This document shows positions 53,211 to 64,000 of a DNA stretch of 64,000 bases, one piece after another. The translations under genes and the position numbers were made by a program. Source of the stretch: Octopus sinensis (Eukaryota). The stretch is taken from NCBI RefSeq assembly GCF_006345805.1, contig NW_021830454.1, positions 1-64,000 of the forward strand, written 5' to 3'. The notes beneath the pieces were generated by a model. The model was not told the origin of the DNA, made no database searches, and was given only the letters and a program-made list of their open reading frames with translations. Every line of letters begins with the position of its first letter. The stretch's first letter is position 1.

Positions 53211-53420
53211 CATATATGTGTATGTGTGTATGTGTGTTTGTGTACATACATACATACATACAAACATACATACATACATACATATACATATATACACGAG
53301 AGAGAGTTAGACAGAGAGGTTTGTCTATGTATATATATTTCCTTACATATATAGACATACGTTTACACACATACGCACACACAAACAAACACATGAATAT
53401 ATGTCCACACACTCTCTCCC
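52000..53420. repeat. (AT)/(GATA)/(CA) microsatellite-rich region
   Basis: Direct reading. Confidence 0.85.
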
Positions 53421-53825
53421 TCTCTCTTTCTTTTCTTTACGCGCATACTCACAGGCATTTACGTCTTCGAATTTTTACGTGGAACACGTAACCTTCCTTC
53501 GTTCTTTCTTCAATATTCGTCATGCGGACTCACTGCTTCTTTATAGCATATAAAGACGAAGGAGACTTTAAGTCGCCAAACGACATGATAGAAATGACTA
53601 GCAAATCCTTCTTGTTTCTTCGTTGCGAATTTAAAACTAACGCCATATTTACCCTGTCAAAAATTTACGGAAATGAACTTAAGGTAGTTCACATTCGAAA
53701 GACAACAAAGGGAATTTTGTATACTAGTTGCTTTGATGATCTTTGCTAATTGCGCCCTTTCTGCTCATTGCAAACACACACACTCACACACATACATACG
53801 TACATACACACATACATACTTGCAT

Positions 53826-54830
53826 GCATTCACCGCGCCAGTACTGTTTTCAATATCCGAGCTACTTAACTGGGCTGTAGCGGATATCCACTGTATAAGC
53901 ATGTATAACCCCGCGAGATCGTGACCATGACAGGAAACTTCCACTGTAATAGGGTTATTAAGAATCTCCACCTAAGAAGAGATCATGGCGATTGAGACTT
54001 GAGATAGTGTAAACAGCACTTACTATGCAGCAGTAGCAAGAAATAAATGCATAAACCTTAAGTTGACACGTAGGAGAACAACATCCTAAGTGTCGGCAGC
54101 GAGCTACTCCAGCAGGCGCTCTGATCCTAACGACCACACATACAAACCTCAAACAGCCAAACTCCCATAACTCAAAGGAGACTTGGATGTGAAATGCTCA
54201 GCATGCAGAAAGTATCAAGCATGGATATGTTTCCCAAAAAACTTAAAGAAGGCACCAATATCGACATGAAATGCAACCTTTTTGTTTTTGTTTTTGGTGT
54301 CCTGACCTCTACATCACATAACACTCCAAAGACTTATTCAATTACAGTCCTTGAGTAAGAGATTGGCTACAAAATATCTAACAGACAAAAGAAGCAGGGA
54401 AGCCCTTGGAGCTCGAAGCTGCAACAAGAACACTTCGAATACGTCATACGTATGTGGAAACCCCAAACATGAGATTAGTTAGCAGCTGCCCAAAAATGTC
54501 ATCATAATAATACCTCCCAATACAAGATGACGTCCGAGTAAAATGCTGTTGAGCGATAGAAAATGTGAATACATACTTAAATATCAACAAAAAGAATATT
54601 TATTGAACATTGCCATCAAAACGTCTACCAAGTGCAAGTGTATAACACATTGGATATCCTTATTTGAGACAGCTACATAAAATATGTTTCATCATAGCGA
54701 TCAGCTCCCTTGCTGATGTGAATAACACTTTGAAACACAAGGACAGAGACATCTCTTTTGAACGTCATTTATACCGAGATTATAAATATCACTTTATATA
54801 CGATCATCAAAAATTAATATGCATACAGAT
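53826..54830 (+). mobile_element. old, heavily decayed copy of R4/Dong-like family 1
   Basis: AFTAPVL..ELLNW, MTGNFH, E(I)ATKYLTDKR, VSSCPKMSS..YLP, ISSLADVN, LYRDYKY parallel the 38937-39590 fragment and the Dong domain order. Confidence 0.65.
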
Positions 54831-54914
54831 ATACAGAATGATACACAGAATGATATTTTAAACCAACACTGCTTCTGTTTCTAACAAGGAATTTTGACAT
54901 ACATACGGGGGGGG

Positions 54915-55213
54915 GGAGCACTCCGTCGGTTACGACGATGAGGGTTCCGGTTGATCCGAATCAACGGAACAGCCTGCTCGTGAAATTAACGTGTAAGTGG
55001 CTGAACACTCCACAGACGCGTGTACCCTTAACGTAGTTCTCGGGGATATTCAGCGTGACACAGAGAGTGACAAGGCCGGCCCTTTGAAATACAGGTACAA
55101 CAGAAACAGGAAGTAAGAGTGAGAGAAAGTTGTGGTGAAAGAGTACAGCAGGGATCACCACCATCCCCTGCAGGAGCCTCGTGGCCCTAACCACTGGGCC
55201 ATTGCGCCTCCAC
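54915..55213 (-). mobile_element. SINE family D with an internal ~83-bp deletion removing the B box
   Basis: GAGCCTCGTGG is joined directly to CCCTAACCACTGGGCCATTGCGCCTCCAC; compare 4981-5100. Confidence 0.85.
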
Positions 55214-56617
55214 TATACATACGAGGTGCCGTATTGCAGATGGAAGATAATGAAGAGGAGCGAAACAGCATTTGCTTCTGTAAGCTTTTTATTCACAAAA
55301 TATTTGGTGTTATAACAATATGGTTTACGTGCATGAAATTTACGGGAGGTATGAACCTCAAATACCCCATATAACGAGAAACCATGGATTATGGAACCAG
55401 CACAGTTTGACATTTAGATGTTTCGATAACTGTTGACCTCAACAGTCATAGTTGAACTAAGAGCAGTTAATCGTTTAGTAAAGCAATAATTACAATATTT
55501 GTTAACAAATATGAGTCGTTGATATATAAACAAAGAAACGAAGTGGTCACTTTATATATATATATGTTTGCGTGTATGCACATACACACACACATAAACA
55601 CACACAAACACACACATCCACACACATGCATACATACACAAGCATATACTTATGCATATGTAAATATATGTGCATAAACACATACTTATACATATGCATA
55701 TGCAACGTGTATATCTCAAAATAAATGTTTAAGAACGCTTATATATGTGCATATATGAATATATATATATATATATGTATGTATACACATACATGCATAC
55801 ATGTATGTATATTCAAACACACCATCTAACGCTCGTACACACACACACACACACACACATATTTGTATACGAATGCATAAGTATATTTAATCAGTTCACT
55901 ATGTGTATGTTGAAATCAATTTTTCCATCAAATAATGTGTGTGTGTGTGTGTGTGAGCGAGTGTGTGTGTGTGTATGTGTGTGTTTATTTAGATTTAGCA
56001 CTGTAAATTCACAAAATGTTTTTTAAAAACAACATAAACAATATTATGTAAGTTAAGATTATCAATATACACATGTGTTTTCTTATAGATAGAACTGAAT
56101 ATTTTTTCCTTACGTAAGGTTTGAATAGAAGCATAAAAATATTAAAAATTGTGAAATATTTCTATCTTTTCTTTCTTCTTTTCTTTTTTCTGTTTTTTTT
56201 TTGTTTTTTGTTGTTGTTTTTTTTTTGTTTGTTTTGGTGGTGAGGATATCTGAAAATCGAAGTTCTGCATGCAAGTTTGAAAAATAAAGATATACTTTAT
56301 TACGTATGAATGTATGTATATATATATGCATACATATCACCACCGCCATACCCAGCCACTAACACACACATATTTTTGCATTTATATATACATATACACT
56401 CATACATACCCACACACGGAAATATATATATATATATATATATGTAAATAAATATATAAATAAAAATGTACAAATATATATGCGTGTGCGTGTGTATGTT
56501 TTTGTGTGTGTATTTGTATTTTTCACACGCATGTGTTTAGGTCTTCGATTTTCGCTCATTCTTACTTACATGTCTACATTTACACATCCACACACACACA
56601 CACACGCGCCTACACAT

Positions 56618-56662
<45 letters not shown>

Positions 56663-58723
56663 TACTCATATATTTAATTTGAATTATTCAACGTAGATGT
56701 AAGATCGTCTAAGCGGTAGTGGTGGTGGTTTTTGTCGAGGAGATGACGATGATGATGGTGGTGGTGGTGATGATGATGATGATGATGATGATGATACGGA
56801 GATGGGAGCAGGACGGGGAAGTACTGTAGGAGAACGAACGTGCCAAAGATGAGGATAATGATGGTGATTGATGATAAGAGAAGCGAGTCGAAGGAAACGA
56901 AATCGAAACAATGCACATAGATGGCTTGAAAAGTGAAGGAAGGATAAATAAGAAGAACAAAGAAGAGGAGAAAGACGGGGAAGAGGAAGGGCTGGAGAGA
57001 AGAGGATAGGAAGAAGGGACAGCAAAAAGAAAACGAAAATAATGAGAAATATTTGGGGGCTCATTATAAATATACAGAAATCAAGAAGCTCCTCCGAACA
57101 GTTTGACATGCTAGAAATAAAAGTCAAATAACTTTCAGATTTTACTTTTGCTTTCTTATGGAATGAACGACACAAAATATTAAACTACTCCCTGTTTCAT
57201 TCATCCTGATTTGCAATAAGTTCGATAGTACCGTGGTTGCCATATTCTTCTATTTTGCTAAAGTCGAACAGGTAATTTAGGAAAAGGAATAGTGTGATTG
57301 ACAGAGAGTATTTCTGAGAGCGCAGAAAAACCGATTGTGAGTATATATATATATATTTATGTATGTATGTATGTATATATATATATATATATATATATAC
57401 GGATGACAGACAGGAGTGGGTGAAAGAGAAGGAGGCAGATTAATTTCACGGATATATTTTTTATATCAACCTTGAAAAGATGGTGTAAAATTCGTCCTTC
57501 GTGGGAATTGAACTTGGGTCACGAAGATCTAGAATAAATAAAAGAGAAGGCATTGATCAATGTGACTGATTTAAACTTTCGTGATTTAGCCGAAATATGT
57601 AACATTTGGTTGCTTGTAGACGAGACGGGATTCTTTAAGGCAATAAGGCCAAATTTTCATTCTTAATCTCATTCACTATGGATTTCCTAATATATTTGCT
57701 AACTTCTGTCACATAAAGCACAATATAGGCAAAATAGTAATAATATATCCATTCATTAATACTGTTTGTTTTTCCTCGCCGTACAATTATTTCTAATTAC
57801 CTTTTTAATCTTACGTTTTCAACCGCCACAACCGAGATGTTTTTTGCCCTGAGGACTCTGTACCTCATTAGGTCCTTAATTTCATATTGCATTTCTCTGC
57901 CAATTGTGAAAATGCAGAAGAGTGGTTTGTATCATTTATGAAGATTTGTAACTCCTCAAAATTTAATATTCGATATGGTTCGTTGTTTAGCACAATAGCA
58001 ACAAAACATACTCTGCATGAAGTAACTATAGTAAAAACGAAAAGGGGCCTGTATTCATAAATCTTCTCTTTGCTCGTGCTTTCACGCTATGAAATGTTTT
58101 GCGTTCACATGAAAAATCTGGTATAATTCCGTCCTACTACCTTAGGACGGCGAATTAAAAGCGTCATAAGAAGGTAGCATAAACTGCTTTGCAAGTTCAG
58201 ATTTCACCGTGGTAAACTTTGGCTTAAATACATTCTGGATTAACAGAATAAAGTACCATACAAAAATCATGGGTTGACTGATTTGGTAGGCCATCAGGTG
58301 GAATGCACCGTGGCTTTTTATTTTAAATTTTGAGCCCAGAGGTCTTGATTGCAAGGATTTACTAGTTACTCAGTTTAACAGTAGCTCCTGATTCTTGGGT
58401 TCCTTTGGTGAGGATTGTTGCGTCGCAATGATCTGCAATAAGATTTCTGGTTTGAGGACAAATTCTTCAATCCCCTCGACTAGACCCGGCGGCCCTTTAA
58501 ATGATATTAATCACAAGCGCAATAATTCCCACACTGATTAAACAGTAAAAAGTAGTATTACATAAAATGAACACTAAATAAATTATACTTTTCTTCTTTC
58601 AGCTTTGTTTCCATTTCATGCCGAGTACATACCCGGCACCGAGGACAAAGAAATTCACTATATACTTGATAAGCTATTAAAATAAACACACCAGGTTGTT
58701 CAGTTACAAAATCGAAAGAAGTT

Positions 58724-58885
58724 ATTATTTACATTATTTACATTTGATGGATATTTGTCGTCATCTTTTCTGTTGTTAACACAACGATTCCGCTGGTATA
58801 CCCTCCAGCCTTCATCAGATGTCTTGGGGAAATTTCGAACCTGGGTTCTCATTCCTAAGGTATTTTTCGATGTTATTGTTGTTGT

Positions 58886-58936
<51 letters not shown>

Positions 58937-59099
58937 GATAATAATAATGACATCGAAAAATACTTTAGGAATGAGAACCCAGGTTCGAAATTTCCTCAAG
59001 ACACCTGATAAAGGCTGGAAGGTACATCAGCCGAAATGTTGTGTTAACAACAAACAAGATGAAGACAAATATCCGTCAAATATAAATAATGTAAATAAT
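58724..59099. mobile_element. head-to-head inverted pair of a ~155-bp hammerhead-bearing repeat, separated by (GTT)/(AAT)n
   Basis: Arms 58724-58878 (minus) and 58945-59099 (plus) are imperfect reverse complements; each has CTGAT(G/A)A-A-GGCTG...CAGC-GAA..GTT-GTGTT. Confidence 0.8.
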
Positions 59100-59183
59100 G
59101 TGGATAATTCATCTCTTAAATATAGAACTGCAAAGGAAGTTATATTGAAAAGATATAATTATAATTCGTAGTGACATTTCACA

Positions 59184-59290
59184 CGTCTGTACGCTCTGAG
59201 ATCAAGTGCTACCGAGGTGGACTGTGCCTTTCCTCATTTCAGTGCATTGTGTTCTTGAGCAAAGCATTTTATTTAATATTGCTCCAGTCT
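59184..59290 (+). mobile_element. fragments of SINE families B and C
   Basis: CTCTGAGATCAAGTGCTACCGAGGTGGACTGTGCCTTTC then GTGTTCTTGAGCAAAGCATTT. Confidence 0.55.
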
Positions 59291-60073
59291 TGGTAGTTGA
59301 AAATGAGTATCAGCTTCTAAAGCGCTTGATTTTCCTCCTCCAGAGTATAAGGTATTTTTCTATAGCCATTTTGGCGCCGGCACTTTGGCGTTGCTGATTC
59401 GACGCTGACCTATTTGATATGAGACGTTTTAATGGTTCTCTCGTTCTCTTTCACTTCCGCCTCTCTCTCTCCCCTTTCTCTGTTTATGTGTTCATATTAG
59501 AAGATGGTAGTATTTAACATAAATCCTGTTCAATTATAAGTTGTAATTTTTCCCTCTCTCTCCTTTCCCATACCTCACTCTTTCTATTTGTATTTATATA
59601 TTTCTGCACGAATATGCGTGTGGGTCTACGCGCGCGTGTTTATGCACGTGTGAATCTGTGTATGTTTGTATCTGTGCGTATGCGTATTTGTTATTTTTCC
59701 AGCGCCAAAATGTACTGTCACAAAAAACAGACTTAATGTCCAATCCACCGTTCTAAACTCTCAGCCTGCGTCGTCTCATTGCACTCCCCCCAGCAGACAC
59801 ATTCTTAACCTTTGATTGGGTAATGAAAAGTCATGCTCGTTAACGTAATGATATCAATTATTTATCAAAACTTAGACTTGATATCCTCTGCCACTGCAAT
59901 ACTTTTCACAACGTCTCCTGTAGGAATGGTTTTCATATCCACCATTATAGTGTTTGATTCTTGCTCTGAAAACAACTGTTTGATGAAATACATGAAAAAA
60001 TTAAGAAAATCTTAAAAATATTCCTTTGTAAAATGTGTCACGGTGTTGTCTGCTGAACATATATGATATAATG

Positions 60074-60107
<34 letters not shown>

Positions 60108-61439
60108 TATATTATTTAATCACTCTTTCCTTTAACAATTAATTTTTAAATTTGTCTAAATCAAAATTCTCCTGCAAATATGAATGGAATATTAACAAAC
60201 ATTCATCCAATTGTCAACGTTTCGCAATGAATGGCTAACACCAAAATAATACCAGTGTCGCGCCACCCTGGTGTACAATATCAGTTACATAAAATATCAC
60301 AACGAGGAATACGAATTTTACACCCTTATGACAGTTCTTTTAATCAAAATAAAAACAACTGTACAGAAGATAAATTTGAGACACCGTGATTACATAACGT
60401 ACTTTGTTTATGATAAATTTATGATTACATTATTTATTCTAGAATACTGTTTCAAAGTTTTGTCTATATCCACTGGATCAAGCATTTTCCCCAGCAACAC
60501 AACTATAAAATATAAGACATACGAAATATACTAGTAAAATAAGAGCAAATATTTTGCAAATGTGCGTCTTATGCGCCGGCATATGCGATGCCTCTGTTTT
60601 CTAATGACTTCTGAAGTTGACTTAGATGTCAACCTGCCATTATGTGACAAGGAATATACTTCATCAATAGAAACTGTGCTTATCTTAAAGTAAAAATGGA
60701 TTTTAACCATCAAGCATGGTTGCACGTAAACCTGATGCTGTATAACCATACCTATTGCATATCACGACTTTCAGGAATATAAGGTAATGGTGTTTCTGTC
60801 GGTGGTGGCAGTGGCGAAGTTCTTACCATCCTTTCAGCAGTCATATTCATGTCAAATTACGTTTACTGCACAAATGAGCGCCGTTACATGTACCTTGACT
60901 ACATGCAGTATTTTCTTTTGGACATGTGTTTTTCATGCTAAAATTTGTTTGTATTTTTACTATCATTAATTTTTGTAATTATATAATATCATTATTAATA
61001 TTATCATCAATGTTATGACTGATATTATTATCAACATTATCATACACACACACACATACACACACACACACACACACACATACACACAAAATCTTAATTC
61101 AGCTTACCTGCCTCCCTTCCAAATTATATCAAAATAAAGACTAAACAAAAAAGTTTATAATTATGATTTTTTTCCTTCATTATTTTTTGTTTTTATGCAG
61201 CATCACAAGAAAAAAAACCCAACAACAACAACATTCTAAACATTAATAAAAACAATTAAAAAAAGAAAGAAAGAAATTCTAATGGCCATGCATGGTGTAT
61301 CAAAATCTTGATATTCTTTAAACGGCAAAATGAATTTAAATAAAGTCCAGATGAAACGCGATGGAAGTTGCATAGGAACAGAGCAAAATAGCGCTAGGTC
61401 TATTTGATTACATATAAACATATTCATACACTCATACAA

Positions 61440-61489
61440 GGATATATACAAACATACACACTATATATATGTATGGTTATACGTATACA

Positions 61490-61558
<69 letters not shown>

Positions 61559-61585
61559 ATGTATGTATGTATGTATGTATGTATG

Positions 61586-61622
<37 letters not shown>

Positions 61623-61862
61623 CATTATATATATATGTATATATATACATGCATACAATATATATATATGTATGTATATATCTGTATGTGAGATATTGTG
61701 TGTGAGTGTGCCTGTGTGTGTATGGATACACGTACACATACACATTGCATATAAGAAGCAGATATATACGCGTACAAAAGTATATGTCAGCGTAAACAAA
61801 TACATACGTATATATATATGTCTGTGTGTGTCTGTGTATATGTACATATATATATATATATA

Positions 61863-61906
<44 letters not shown>

Positions 61907-62469
61907 TGTGTGTATGTATATACATATATACACTCACTCACACACAGATGCATTTATACACAAACGTATAAACACGCACACACCCACACATATATATACT
62001 CACATATATAAATACATATAAACATGTTTTCTTATGGAAGTATTTCAGCGCCTTCATGCCCGTGTACGTGTATCAATCTGATTACGTGTGCATGTGTGTA
62101 TGTGTCGGGGTGTATGTGTCGGGGTGTGAGTGTCTGTGTTTGTGTGCGTGCATGACCGTGTAAGTGCGTCGTAGTGTGACTGCGTATGTGTGACTGTGTG
62201 TGTGTGTGTGTGTTTATGTCTGGGTGTTTAGGAGATTATCTACGTATATGTAAGTATGTGTGAATACCGTTTTCTTTTCCTTTATTCCTTTTCTTACTCA
62301 TTTCTCGCTTTTATTTCCATATTCAAGATAAAATCACATTCTTTGCTGTTGGCGTGGTCATTATAAGCAATAGAGCTTCACAGAAATACGCTATTACACA
62401 TACACACATGTACACATACGCACACACGCAAACACACACTCACAAAGATTTACACAAAGACATTTCACT

Positions 62470-62500
<31 letters not shown>

Positions 62501-62769
62501 AATACATGCTCATTCGTACATATGAACACATACATATATGTATATCTAATGTATTTTTGGTACATTTAGCTTTCTTTTACCTTTTTTCGTTGATAAAATT
62601 TTCTTTATAGAATTATATTGAAGTTATAATTTAAAAAGTTTAAGATTTATATATATATATATATATATCTATATATATATTGCATGTTTGTTATATGTAA
62701 CATATACATGCATATATATATGATACATATACATATATATTATATGCATATATATGTATACATACATAT

Positions 62770-62813
<44 letters not shown>

Positions 62814-62985
62814 TCATGTATATAGATAGACATATGTACTTATGATCATACATGCGTATATGCATGTGCACAAACTTGCACGTATCATATTACTGTATGT
62901 ATATGAGGGTACCTTTGTACGTATTTGTATGCGTATGCATATATTCAATGGCGTCGATTATGAAGGTTGTATTGATGATGATAAC

Positions 62986-63034
<49 letters not shown>

Positions 63035-63376
63035 GGTAGAAGAGGCGGAGGTGGTGGAAGAGGAGGAAGAGTAAGAATATGGCACTCATAGTAATATCGA
63101 TAATATATATATATATATATACATGTATCAATAAAAGTTACCACCATCATCATCATCGTATTCATCAAGCTTACTGCTAGTTCATTACCACTATAATTAA
63201 TACTGTGCTCATTATTTACCATCATCAACATCGTCATCATCATCACCACCATTATTATCACCATCATCAGCATCATCCTTCTTTTTCTTCTTCTTCTTCT
63301 TCTTCTTCTTCTTCTTCGACTTCTTCTTCTCCTCCCTTCTTTTTCTTCTCCTTCTTTTTCTTCTTCTTCTAATTAC

Positions 63377-63414
<38 letters not shown>

Positions 63415-63415
63415 T

Positions 63416-63451
<36 letters not shown>

Positions 63452-63757
63452 ATTTTTTTGTTCGGCTAAGAATTGTAGGCATGTTATTGTAAGTAAATTT
63501 TCAGATGTGGGGTTGTTTTTTTCCCCTCTCCCTCACTCTCGGTCTCTCGCTATAATTATATATTCATATCTGCAGGAGTATGTACACACACACACAGACA
63601 CATACCAATATATATAGATATATAGATATATATATGTGCGTGTGTATACATATATACGTGTATATATATATATACATATACGTATATGTACATATATATA
63701 TATACATACATACATATTATACATTAATATATATATTATATATATATATATAATATC

Positions 63758-63793
<36 letters not shown>

Positions 63794-63794
63794 T

Positions 63795-63835
<41 letters not shown>

Positions 63836-64000
63836 GTATATATATATGCACTTTGGCCATTACGTTTTGCTTCTTAATCTATTCATCAACATTTTTGCAT
63901 AATACTGTGGTGAGCTCAATGAATGTTGGAGGAGAGATGGAGGGGGAGAGGGATGTACTGAGGCAGGGAGAGAGAGAGAGAGAGAGAGAGTGAGAGAGAA
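61440..64000. repeat. (AT)/(TATG)/(GT)/(GAT)/(CTT)/(ATT)/(GA) microsatellite-rich region
   Basis: Direct reading. Confidence 0.85.

Noticed and set aside
60205-60250. GC..GC-GAAAC-GTT on the minus strand
   Set aside because: No recognisable CTGANGA or stem I.

Overview
AT-rich animal genomic DNA saturated with simple repeats and transposon debris. The repeat families and microsatellite density suggest a cephalopod (Octopus-like) genome; this is inference from recognition, not a search. No complete host gene is visible. One fairly convincing and two or three weak candidate exons were found, the best being 46039-46177 on the minus strand. Supported elements: a dead CR1-group LINE ORF2 (34187-37249), a Penelope-like element with RT and GIY-YIG (31100-33065) plus another PLE fragment, two distinct R4/Dong-like RLE retrotransposon families, Tc1/mariner remnants (one DD41D-like), Tigger- and hAT-type MITEs, and at least four tRNA-derived SINE families (my labels A-D). 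The most interesting signals are three. (i) A recurrent set of minimal, mostly decayed hammerhead-ribozyme motifs of several unrelated families, two of them hidden in elements that look like MITEs. (ii) An R4/Dong-like family whose junctions sit in (CATA)n microsatellites, next to a canonical (TAA)n-flanked Dong. (iii) A 3' tail shared between SINE family A and the CR1-like LINE. Nearly all long ORFs in the supplied track are microsatellite artefacts. Boundaries of degenerate repeats are approximate.
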